DNA of 64,000 bases from the human T2T-CHM13v2.0 reference genome, Homo sapiens. Shown here one piece after another: positions 48,339 through 63,265 of the stretch (position 1 is its first letter; every line of letters starts with the position of its first letter). The stretch lies in the NCBI RefSeq assembly GCF_009914755.1, contig NC_060934.1; one strand, 5' to 3'. The translations under genes were made by a program, and so were the position numbers. Below the pieces are notes generated by a model. That model had not been told where the DNA came from and did not search any database. It saw only the letters and a list, made by a program, of their open reading frames with translations.

Positions 48339-50392
48339 GTACGGCAAGATTAAACAAATAACAAGAAAAGATAGTCTCTTCTCTTCTGGTTCAACAGGGA
48401 TTATTCACTTATCACCAACATATCCAAAGCTGTCATGAAATCCTATGAGAAAATTATCTTATTCCTTCCTCAAAAGAAGTCATCCCATATTTCCATCAAG
48501 TCGGGTTTTCCTTGTTTTGGGATCTAAAACAACATAGCATGTCCTGCTTACATGGGGGCTAATCTCAATGTCTCTTGATTCTGAGTTATAACAATGACTT
48601 AGCAGCCCCCAGCTCTGAGAAAAATCAAGAAAAGTTTCACATACTCCTAAACACTCCAACGAACAGATTAAACACAGAGGAAAAACTTAAATCCAAAGCC
48701 TTGCCATTCCGCACATACAAGTCAAAGCAGGCAGCTGTGGACATTTGATGAGTCTATGCAAAGTCCTTATTCACCCGTTGAACCCCTAACTTCAGGTGTT
48801 AATTGTCTTAGTGGGAAAATGGGCTCAAGTCCTATTAGAATCCATCAACCTTGCACAGAGTAAGCATCTTCACTGATTGACTTAATTTTTAAAAATCCAT
48901 CAGCTTCCTTTCAATCATTCCCTAAGTTCAATGAAAGCCATTACAATTTTAAATTAGACTAAAATAGCTGCTGCTTTACCAAAATGTATAAATGATTCCT
49001 TCATCAAAAAAGTACACTAGAAATGTTAATTTCAAGTTTCAATAGGGCAGATAATAGCAATTGCACAGGTACTTTAGATAAAAATTTCGAGCTACGCTGA
49101 TTCAGTTCTCATTGGAAAGAACCTAAGGTCAATAGAGTAAAAGTTTTAAGAAGGAAAATGGTATCACATTCAGAAAGTTATGTTAAATTCTTTCAAAAGT
49201 TTAATCATAGATTTGAGAAAAGTCTCGACAGAGAATAGGGGAGAGTTTTAAGAAAGAAATGCTGTTTGTTTTCTGCATCTATAAAACAGTTCTGAGCTTC
49301 GTTTTATCATAAAAGGTTAAGGGTATAAACATGCTCTTGAGTTACTCAATCACAGTCTAATAAATTTTATGAAAACAAATTGGTATCTGAAAGACATTAT
49401 TGGATCAAATAAAGTTTTAATCGCAGTAATAAAGAAGATGAAATGTATCATTTTCTCGAAATATTTCCAAGCTCACAAAGTTCACACTCACACTTAAAGG
49501 TCTTCCCTGAGGTTCTCATTTTCATCTGAAAAAAATAATCCTCATTACATAAAACAATCTCACCTTATCTGCTCAGCAATTTAAGGAAGTAACTATTTAT
49601 CATGATGTTAGTATCCACCCTAGGTCTTCCAATTTCTTTCCTCTTCTCAACAGTAATTCCTAGGAAATTTACAAACATGCTCCGTATTTTAATGCCTCCC
49701 TGTAGAAAGCAAAATGTCTCTGCAAACAGCACAGAGAAGTGTCTAAACAGACTCACCTTTGAATCATCATGTTTTTGAAGGTACAGCTTTCTTTTGACAG
49801 CACTGCTGTGGTTTATTTTTCAAAAGGGAGCACCTGCCTGTTGTTCCATATTCAAGTAAGATTAGAGTATCCTGTTCTTATCATCAGTTCAGAAAACTTC
49901 ACCATTCTGGGTGTGTACATAGAAAGAATTGACATCTGTAGCTTTGTCTGGCTTGCCAGGCACTCTGAAGTTTTCTTTTCAATACTAACAATTGTGAAAT
50001 AATACTGCTTTCCCTTGTTTTGTTCTGTTTTGTTTTTTTTTTGTTTCTTTTTTTTTTCATTTCCAGCTGTTCAGACACTACGGGAGCCCTGGCATCACCC
50101 TCAAAGGAAATCCTTTAGAGAACAAGGCTTCTCATAGATGTCAACTGGCAACCATTCCAATAATCAACTGCCTTGCTACCATACAATTCTAGCCCAAGCA
50201 GAGGCCTGCCAAGTGCCCTGTGATTCTAAAGGAAATACGAAAAAGTGTTCTTTTGAAAGTGAAGTGTCTGCCCCAATTTATCCAACTTTGCTGCTAAGGT
50301 ACACTCTGACATGAAGACTGTGCAGAAACATGTAAACACATTTATGATACTAGCTTCAGTGACCACAGCAGACTATCACTGATATGTATCCT

Positions 50393-50722
<330 letters not shown>

Positions 50723-50987
50723 TCATGCACGTGGACAGGGATTAAGAAGCAAAAAAATATATATATAGGAGTAGATGTGCAACGCTTTAGGCTTCTGGGT
50801 GGTTTACACCACTCCACCTCACCCAAATATGACTTAATATGTTACTTTTTTTTTTCAGTTAAAAAAAGTGTAAAAAAGAAACTTTATCTAGAAAGATGAG
50901 TGACCCTATTTGGAGAGGTGCAGAGTACCCAGATCAGAGTTGGAATTTAATTTTTCTGGTTTAGGCTTAGATTGGAAACAGTCATAA

Positions 50988-51389
<402 letters not shown>

Positions 51390-51503
51390 TAGCAAAGCCA
51401 TTTCTTAAAGACAGTGCAAACATCTTGAGTCAAAAAAAAAAAAAAAAAAAGAAAAAAAGAAAAGAAAACCAAATATGTCTTACTGAGAATAGTTGCTCTT
51501 TGA

Positions 51504-51979
<476 letters not shown>

Positions 51980-52064
51980 TAATTTCTATGCCATGGTATA
52001 TGCCTGTGCAGGAGGAGCTGAGAAGAAAGAATCCTAGTTCCACTGTTTAGAATGTTTTTGTTTC

Positions 52065-52238
52065 ATTTGGGTTTTTATTTATTTTTTTGAGAAAGGGTCT
52101 TGCTCTGTTGTCCAGGCTGGTGTGCAATGGTGTGATCTTGGCTCACTGCAGCCTCAACCTCCTGGGCTCAATTGATCCTCCTGCCTTGGCCTCCCAGACA
52201 AGCACTGGAATTACAGGAGTGATCCAACATGACCAGCT
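52065..52238 (-). mobile_element. Alu monomer (FRAM-like)
   Basis: Single reverse arm. Confidence 0.78.
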
Positions 52239-52390
52239 TACCTCATCTTTTTAAGCCTTGTTCCTTGTCTGTACAAGAGGGATAAAATAGCGTCTACCTC
52301 TTAGGAATCCTGCAATGATTAAATTAAGTAACGTTTGGAAATTTCTTAGTGCTGTACCTGGTACGAAGTATATACTCATCATAACGTTAG

Positions 52391-52849
<459 letters not shown>

Positions 52850-53355
52850 TAGAAATGTAATGCAGTTGTGCAAATTGATCCTGAACCCAGAAAAAAACAT
52901 GTGTTTTTTAAAACAAAAAGTAAAAAAATAGTCAATTGACACCTGTATTCTCTTAGTTTCCTGAGGCTAATTTACACTGAAACTATTTCAGGGAAGACAC
53001 TGTGGGGCGGGGCTGAGGGAAGGTACGGTGAGGGAGGAGAGCTGTTTAGTGAGATGTTCACAGGCCTGCCAAAACATTTTTTTAGTCTAGTTACCAATTG
53101 CCTACTCGTTGACATCCCCGTGAAAAGCAAGCCACCACGTTGTTTCTGATATTCATTTTTGAGACAATAAATTTACAAGACATTAAAATCAGCAATATTA
53201 ATGACTCACTAGAATTGCACAAAACAAACAACCTTCCAAGATATGCTTCAGTTAGGAAAATTACCAATACTCCCCAAACCACCTGAAATGCTATCCTTTA
53301 AAACTTAGTCATCAGACAGAAAATTTAGATTTCAAAAGCCAAGGCCCTACCAGTG

Positions 53356-53520
53356 ACTTACCGCTGACAGCACGTCTTCCCCGAGCACAGTCCCTTAAAC
53401 CACAGGACACCCTGAGGATGTCGGATGCGGGACAGCAGCCCCTCATGATCTGACCTCTGACCCAGGCTGTTGTGTGGCTCAGAAGGAAATTCCAAGGCCA
53501 TGACTACAACTTCCCGGCAC
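53356..53520 (-). promoter_or_regulatory. Candidate alternative promoter / non-coding first exon of FRMD4A
   Basis: Donor GCG|GTAAGT (exon end 53362), DR1 GGGTCA-G-AGGTCA at 53451-53463, GGAAATTCC at 53485-53493, ACTACAACTTCCCGG near 53503, several retained CpGs. Confidence 0.4.
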
Positions 53521-53796
53521 AAGTCATTGTTGGTGCTCCCGGGTACTGGGTCACCTCAAGAGACACATCCTTCTCTCCACTTCAGTTTCCTTCACAGAAA
53601 AGTGAAGACTCAAAGTCCAATCTAGGTACCCAAACATTGCAAGACCACAAAATCTCAATCATCATAAAGCACATCACAGCCAGGAGGAGATGAATGAATG
53701 TCACGCAGTTACAGCAACCTCAAGAAATTTACGGGAAATACACACATGGAAAGAAAGGACTTCAGGCAATTTAAAATCTGTTAAAACATTAATCCC

Positions 53797-54270
<474 letters not shown>

Positions 54271-54346
54271 GTGGTTCTGTATGTATCTACACATCTATGG
54301 GTATCCAATAGCGTTATGATGTAAACTTCAAATATACACAATCATA

Positions 54347-54662
54347 TTTTTTGTTTGTTTTTTTGTTTTATGTTTTTGAAACAGGGTCTCACTCCGTGGT
54401 CCCAGCTGGAGTTCAGTGGCATGATCACAGCTCACTGCAACCTCTGCCTTCCTGGGGCTCAAGAGATTCTCCCACCTCAGCCTCCCAAGTAGCTGGGATT
54501 ACAGACGCAAATCTCCACACAGGGTTAATTTTTGTATTTTTTGTAGATATGGGGACTCGCCATGTTGTCCAGGCTGCTCTTGAACTCCTGGGCTCAAGTG
54601 ATCTTCCCACCACAGCCTCCCAAAGTTCTGGGATTACAGATGTGAGCCACCACTTTCAGCCC
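54347..54662 (-). mobile_element. Alu (AluJ)
   Basis: Reverse Alu dimer. Confidence 0.9.
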
Positions 54663-54663
54663 A

Positions 54664-55035
54664 TATAGATATATATGTAATATATATAAAATAATATATA
54701 TTATATATTATTATAATGTATATGATATAATATAATTATGATATATAATACATAATAAATATATAATATATAATATAATATATAATAAATATATATAATA
54801 TAATGTATAATAAATAACATATAATATAATATATAATATATAATATAATATGATATATAATAAATATATAATATAATATATAATAAATAATACATAATAT
54901 AATATATAATATATAATAAATAATACATAATATAATATATAATGTAATATATAATAAATAATATATAATATACAATAAATAATATATATAATATAATATA
55001 TAATAAATAATATATATATAATAAATACTATATAT
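54664..55035. repeat. About 370-bp AT-rich low-complexity tract, (TA)n/(TATAA)n
   Basis: Direct reading; very few G/C. Confidence 0.95.
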
Positions 55036-55052
55036 GTTTATTAATTCACCTA

Positions 55053-55177
55053 TCTGGGCATGGTGGCTCACCCCTGTAATCCCAGCTACCTAGGAGGCTA
55101 AGGCAGAAGGATTGCTTGAGCCCAGGAGTTCGAGACCAGCCTGGGCAACATAGCGAGACCCCATCTCAAAAATAAAA
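55053..55177 (+). mobile_element. FLAM (free left Alu monomer)
   Basis: Single left arm ending CCCCATCTCAAAAATAAAA. Confidence 0.8.
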
Positions 55178-55581
55178 TTCATCAATTCCCTGTCCACACT
55201 TCACTTATACCAGGGAAATAACACTTATTACAAAAGTGGGCAAGTGGGATCTACCCAAAACCTTTAAAGGCCAAAGGTTGATTGTAATTTTTTAATAAAA
55301 TTTTTAATACAAATTTTTATTTTATAAAAATTTTATATAACCATTTTTATTATCATTGTAATATGATTTTTATGATAACTTTTCCCTCTGGTTTATCTCA
55401 AGCTTACTTTTGTTCGGTTCTCAAGTGATACCATATTGAAGTAAGATGACGATGGAAGGAAAGGAGACACAGGCACGAGACACCAGAAGCCTCATTCAGA
55501 GAGGATGACCTTGTTCCTATTTTGCTCTATGACCTCTGGCAAACGATTCCACCTGTCTTTATTGTGACTCTCCTGGATTTA

Positions 55582-55914
<333 letters not shown>

Positions 55915-57802
55915 TCAGGTTCTTGGTGGCTGGATACAGCTGCAGCTTATACACCAGATGGAAGTTATTAAGTGAGTGGCTCTATTAGAAACAAATTAAC
56001 ATGACAATATTGATGTAATAGAAAATGGAAATAGCAATGCATTCTTCAAAGCTCAACCCTCTGCGGGTTTGCACTTCAAGTCATAACCCGGGCTGGCGTT
56101 TTACTTGCGGATCTTTGGAAAGCTCATCCTAGGGACGCTGCTGCTGCTGCTCATGCAGCAAAAGGAAATTCGGTTTTCTCTGATCATGCAAAAGAGAAGT
56201 CCGGGTGTGGGGACCCAGCGGTCTATGTGATTCAAGCCACAAGTCCTCCAGGCCGAGCAATGAACCATCTCCACATGAATGCTACAGGGCAGCATGTCAG
56301 AAAACATTAATAATCAGTCTCTGGGCCTAAAGTGTAGACGATGAGGCGTGGACCCAGGCAGGTAAGAGGCTGGTACAACAGGAAGCTCTCCTGAGGGCGT
56401 TATGGCATCTCGCTGAAGAGGAACTCCTACCCACAGCTCAGTTGTGTGATGTGGGGAGGTGGGTGCACTTTCCACCTTCCAACCAAACAAGCTACTGGCG
56501 TGAATGATGGACAGGTGCGACAGATGTGGAAGGCCAAGATTCCGCTGGGGCGGGTCCACAATCACCCTCCTCACGCCTGGCAGCCAACGCTCTGACTACA
56601 ATGACAAGGGCAGATGGACGCTGAAAGACGCAATGGCATGGGCCCCAGAATTAGGTCCTGCACCATGGACACCATACTGGGGAGCACAGGGCAGAAGCCG
56701 CTCACAGGTGGCGGGCAGGTGTACAAAGAACTCCAGGCTCCTGGGGGGCAGCAGCGCTTTCTGGGTGACATCCAACTAGCTGGACCCCTAAAATTTGGAG
56801 GAACCTGTTTCCTCCTAGGTTCTGCCACTGTTAGAGTGTTTTCTGAAAACGGGATTTTCTTTACCTCCATTTCGAGTACATTATCAGGATTTTAACCCAC
56901 TATTCTACCGGAAATACACACAATTAGGAAGATTTATTCACAAGCCCTCATTTACAACACAACTGCAGGTTTTACTTTTCATCCAAGCCTGGAAACACGG
57001 ATATCTTTGGTTCTGCAACTGGAGCAACCGGAGTCTCTGAAGAGCTACAGAGCCTTAATCCTACTGAGCACTGGATTGTATTATTATTATTAATCATTAT
57101 TATTAGGAGAGGGGCTGGGGAAGGGAATAGAGCCTAATCCTTACAAAGGAAAGGGAGCTGGGAATCTGGATCAGAGAGGGAGTGCTGTGCAGTCTGAACA
57201 GAGGCAGAGGCTAATGGGAACAGAGATGGGTGGCAGAGAGCAGCCCTTGGGCAGATCTGGACAGAGGCCTGAAGGCCCCAGAGGCCAGTCCTGCTGTGGG
57301 TGCAGAGTGAGATTCTTCCTTCTTTACATATTGCTGCTAGCATCTGTGAAAGACGACTGTCTGAACATGGATAACAGGCTCTCTGACATCGGCCTCACCT
57401 CACCAGATCCCTTTTTTTCAAATACTCTCCTTCCCATCGCTCCTCTCAGTTTCAAGAGTGGACCACCTGGGACTTTTAGAGTCTGTTCCTCCAAGGACCA
57501 TCCTCTCCCTTGCCGTGGGGCCTGGCCCATGCTGTTACCTTTGCTTGGAGGCACATTTTTCACTCAAAGTCCAAAGCCCATCGCTGTGGTCTCCTCTACG
57601 CCATGCATTCAGCCCGGTGCTGGGGACACAGGTGACCCAAGGAGCCGTGGTCCTGTTTCTTGCTGATTACTGGCTTGAGAGAAAGATGCCACACACCTTC
57701 TCCTCCTGAGAGGCAGGTCCACAGCACTATCTGGCAGCTACCCTGGGCTGTCACGCTCCGTCCTCCCCTCCCCTCCCCTCCTGCTAGGACACCTAACATC
57801 AA

Positions 57803-58644
57803 GACCGTGCTGGGTTGCCGCCACTGCCATCATGCCAGCTCCTGGGTCTCAGTGAGGCTGAGGACACTCCAGAACGGGAGGCAAGCCCATGTGGGAGATG
57901 ACTGGACCCATCTTCATTCAACGTTCAGTTATTGAGTTCTATAACAATAGAACTCAACTCAGCACAATTTACATTGACATATCACGCCTTAGGCGGGAAG
58001 GAGAGCAGCTCGAGGGGAAAGCTGCCATTGTGAAGAAGCCATCCAGCCTTCTGTTCCACAAAATCCAGCATAGCATCATGGTGCAGGACCGTCAGCCCAC
58101 ACCAGCTAACTGCATCCTCAGCATGCTTGTGAGCCAGCCAAATGCCAATGAAGACCCCATTATGGGGCTCCACCAGATGTTCCTATGAAAGGACATAATG
58201 GATGCTTGGGTTCGCCCTGATGACAGACATGTTCAGGCCTGCCCTGCACGACTTCACACTGACCTCCTCCCAGCCAGGCACTCACGCTGTTTCTTTCTCC
58301 CTCCTCTTCCCAATACTATTCACGCTTCTGCAGACACACCAGATACTATACACAAATGCACGGGGCTGTGTGGGGGCGGACACGGTGCACTGTTGCCACC
58401 AAGGTGTCCTGCATGATGTCTGGACACCGGACCAGCGGCCTCTGACAGGAAGAGTTTGTGTTGTGACAGTGCATGCCTTGGAATGGTTGTTCCTTTTTAA
58501 AAAAAATCTGACAGGTTGCTCTAGTAACCCAAAGAAGTGAAGGAGAAACCAGCTACCCCACTGGACAGATACTGATTTGTGCAGAATCCGTTTCAATGCC
58601 TCATGAAACAATAAAACCACGAACATCTTCCTTAAAAAAATAAA
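57803..58644 (+). pseudogene. NUTF2P5: Processed pseudogene of NUTF2 (nuclear transport factor 2) with 5'UTR, CDS, 3'UTR and poly(A) remnant
   Basis: Frame from 57874 reads TGGKPMWE..RTQLSTIYID..EGKAAIVKKPSSLLFHKIQHSI..QPTP..EDPIMGLHQMFL*, collinear with NTF2 (about 65/104 identical by hand against the recalled protein). Start codon ATG>ACG at 57874, premature TGA at 58186-58188, 4-nt frameshift before MFRPALHDF, ancestral stop at 58260-58262, no introns, AATAAA at 58610-58615, A-tract at 58634-58644. The P5 number is from recall of the FRMD4A locus and is less certain than the NUTF2 homology. Confidence 0.93.
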
Positions 58645-58655
58645 GACCACCTCAC

Positions 58656-58757
58656 CTTCCCCTTCCCCAGGTTTAGCTTTGTACAAAAGACTGAGGAAGC
58701 CGCTGACTCTGCCGGGTTCTCCCTGCTCTGCCACTCCAGGCCTTCTCCAGACCTGGC
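58656..58757 (-). other. Candidate 102-nt in-frame cassette exon of FRMD4A (ARSGEGLEWQSRENPAESAASSVFCTKLNLGKGK)
   Basis: Acceptor CCCCCGTGCCCTTCTCTGCAG|G, donor AAG|GTGAGG, 34 open codons in phase 0. No transcript evidence available. Confidence 0.4.
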
Positions 58758-59987
58758 CTGCAGAGAAGGGCACGGGGGACAGCCAGGGGGCTCTAAACAG
58801 CTGTTAGATCCTCTTGCATCTCGCAGACTCAGTGGACTGCTGGGGATGCCAAGCGTGGGAAGGAGGCTCCAGGCACACATCCCACTCCTGTCCTCCAGCT
58901 ACCTGGGGACCCAGAGGTCTGAGCCACACACTGTGCCTCCCTTGCTACCCTCCCTGAGCCACACCGCCGGGGCTTACGGTGGGTCAGAGCCAGGCTCCAG
59001 AGCTCGGCCACCCGGGGCTGTGGCTTATCCTGGCTTCACCACTTCCTAGCTGAGTGTGATCCTCCAGAAGTTACTTCACCAACGTGGCCTCCTTCCGTAA
59101 TCTATAAAACAGAGATGACAGCAATTCCTACCTCGTAGAGTTGTGATGAGGAACGCTGCACATAAAAAGTGCAGAACGCTGAATGCTGAACCACTGACTG
59201 CCGCCTACACACAGTGGAGTCAGGCCCTGATCTGATTTGCTGCTCCCTGCTCCTATAGGAAGGCCCGGGGGCGCTGCAGGTCTCTGTCCCCTCATGCCAG
59301 GTCTCCTGTGGCTCTGGATGGGTGAGGAGGCTAATTCTGGGCAGGTGGCATTGGGATGGCTGTCTTCAGGGACTGAGCAAGTGCCAGGCCTTCACAAAAT
59401 GAAGCTCTGGGGGCACTGGTCATTTGTTGAGGAGGGTACTTCGTTCAGACAGGACGCTTAGAAGCCCAGCTCTTTTTCCCAGTAACTGGTTCCCAGGGCC
59501 ATCCTGTGGCACCCGCACTCATTACGTTGAGAGCAGATGTAAGGAATACAGGAGCTGGCCTAAGAAAGGAGGTTTAGGAATACCCATGCACGATGTGTGG
59601 GAAAATGTCCAGGTTCTTACGCATGCACGTAATTCTTATTCACAGCACATGCGTTCACGCAGACGTTCTGCAAGGGCAGCTGGGAGAGGTGTAAACCCCA
59701 AAGAAACAGAACATGCAAGAAGTGGCCAGAAAGTACACACCCACCTAACATCCAACTGTTCCCTGGGGGAACAGTGAGGAAAGATGGAAAATAACACCTG
59801 TTCTTTGCCACATGGAGCTCTGGCTTCAGTATGAGTGACAGAGGTTGTTTATATTTTTGTCTGTTCGTTTGTTTGTTTGGAGTAGAATGAGAGGCTTTTT
59901 TCAAAGGGAAAGGCAAGTATCTACCTTTTCTTTTGTTTTGATGACTGTACTTGGAATTTTTAGAGTAGAAAAGGATAGTTAGATGGA

Positions 59988-60289
59988 GCCTGGGCGCAGT
60001 GACTCACAGCACTTTGGGAGGCGGAGGGGGGCAGATCAGCTGAGGCCAGGAGTTCAAGACCAGCCCAGCCAACACGGTGAAACGTCATCTCTACTAAAAA
60101 TACAAAAATTAGCCGGGCATGGTGGTGAACGCCTATAGTCCTAGCTACTTGGGAGGCTGAGGCAGAAGAATCACTTGAACCCAGGAGGTGGAAGTTGCAG
60201 TGAGCCTAGATCACACCACTGCACTCCAGCATGGGTGAAAAGAGAGAGACTCTGTCTCAAAAAAAAATAAAAAAATAAAAAAATAAAAG
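59988..60289 (+). mobile_element. Alu (AluS)
   Basis: Alu dimer; TSD ATAGTTAGATGGAG. Confidence 0.93.
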
Positions 60290-60522
60290 AATAGTTAGAT
60301 GGAGACCCCAGACAGACAGTTTTTAAAAGCCTAGAAAAAAAGATAAGGCTGAAAAAAAAAAAAAAGATAAGTTTGACTCTCTGGATCTAAAAAAATATAG
60401 TTCATATGGGATGGTGACTTTAAACGTAAAATTTTGATCACATGATAAAATTAAATGAGGAAGTGAAGATTGAGACATGAAGAACACAGGATGTGTGCTG
60501 GAGAACTCGCAAAGGAGACTAG

Positions 60523-60928
<406 letters not shown>

Positions 60929-60944
60929 ATGACACTGATATTTA

Positions 60945-61399
<455 letters not shown>

Positions 61400-62619
61400 T
61401 CAAGAGGGAAATGAAAGGAATATAAATGAACTGCACTCTCTCCCCAAAATAAATCCCAGGTAGTTTATAAAGTTAAATTTTAAAACCAGGTAGATGATTA
61501 TTTACCATGTTTCTCTAAGCCTAAAAGCAATGAATGAGCCAAAAAGGAAAAAATTATGGATTTGACTACCATAAAGATCATTCTAAACAATAAATTATAC
61601 TCCACAAGGCCCCATAAGCAAAAGTAAAAAGTTAATGTAAATTTCAGGAAGGTATTGTAACAACTATAATGGGAATTACTATATTAAAGATAAAATCATT
61701 CAGTTAGTAGATAATTACAACTTAATTAGAAGACCACTAACACCTTCCAGGAAATAGAATGCAAACAGCTAAAAAGTTCAGATCCTTGGACTCTGTCATT
61801 TCTCTTCTAGGAATTTTCCCCATCGAAACAAGAGAAATAGAATAAAGAATTATTCACAGTAATGTTCACCACAATGTGTTCACTCAAGTGCTTATAGCAT
61901 CTTTATTATGTGCCAGGGATCTTATTAGGTATATAATGATGAATGTGATTTTGCTCCTATACTTAAGGAACTTCTATGTTCTGTAGAGGAAATACCCAAG
62001 TTAACAGGCTGTTGCAGAGTGATCAGTGTGACTACAGGGGTGAGTATAAGATACTATGGGATGGGGACGGGGGGACACCCTAACTCACACCTGGTGGATC
62101 CGTCAATACCCCAGGGAAGGAGTGATATCTGCAGAACACAGCAACATGAGGTAAGAAGGGATGAAATGGGAGAGAACATAGAATGTTCTGGAAATGTCAC
62201 CCAGGCAAAGAGCTGAAGGACACCGTGGCGGATGAGAAGGAAGCAGTGAGAAATACAGCTGGACACCGTCTTTATGAAAACAAAGAAGGGGGAGCTAATC
62301 GTCTGAGTGAGGATGGCTAAATCGCTTGAAATAGGAAATAGCCACTGAGCACTGTTTTCAAGTCAATTTCATCATGAGGCCAAAATGAGGGGAGTCTGGA
62401 GACAGGGCTGCAACAGCAAGATCCACAAGCACTTGGAAAACTGCAAAGTGATATTAAAGTAGAACTTGTCTTCCTCAATCCATGTATTTCCCCCCAGTGA
62501 TTTGTAAAGGGACATAGCAGGCATGCATATCAGATTTACAGAGGGCAAAGAGGTTCGGATGGTAGCTTCAAATGTCAAAGTTGGGGTCATATTGTTTACA
62601 GTTTTGTGTCGTACTCTTC

Positions 62620-63265
62620 ACGCACGTGCTAGAAGCCCAGCATCGGAATAAGGGAATTAAGAGGTGCCCTGCATTCTACTGTGGTTAAACTGCTTCTGGA
62701 AATCTGTATTCAATTGTGGGTACCATATTTTATACAAGAAAATGAAAGAAATGGGAGAGAGACCAAAGAAGGATAACTAGACCGGGTGAAGGTCCAGAAA
62801 CCAGTACTTCCCAGGACTGAGGGAAAAGCTGCATCGGTGGCCTACATATCACAAGCTCTAGTGGTAGCGTGACCATACAACCTACTGGCCATACCAGATA
62901 CTTGTGAGGCAAAAGGGAGGCTATTATTGATTATATAGAGAGAACAGGTATAAACTAGGACTGTCCTGGGCTTACCCAAATGGGGGTTCGGGGGAACTTG
63001 CTAATCTGATGTGTATAAAGTGAAGGTGGGTTAACTTTGCTTTGGTGGGCAAAAAATAGACCCAATGAGGGGAAATTCCAGAAGATACTTTCGGATTCAA
63101 TGGAAGGAAGAACTTTTGAACAAGCATCATTGCTCAAAATGGAATGGGTTGCCCCGTTATCACTGCAAATCATCAGGAAGGGACCAGAGACTTTAGCAAG
63201 GGAAGTTGTAGAAAGGATTACAGAACTCAGGGACAGACGGACTCTAAGATCCCTTCCCTTCCTCT
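62620..63265 (+). mobile_element. L3/CR1 LINE 3' remnant
   Basis: CTGGAAATCTGTATTCAATTGTGGGTACCATATTTTA..GAAGGTCCAGAAACCA..GGAAGAACTTT..CAAAATGGAATGGGTTGCC..CTCTAAGATCCCTTCC. Confidence 0.7.

Noticed and set aside
54701-55071. Tyr/Ile-rich ORFs
   Set aside because: Artefacts of the TA low-complexity tract.
56350-56370. Plus-strand donor CAG|GTAAGA suggesting an antisense lncRNA exon
   Set aside because: No convincing matching acceptor or promoter nearby; single sites like this are expected by chance.
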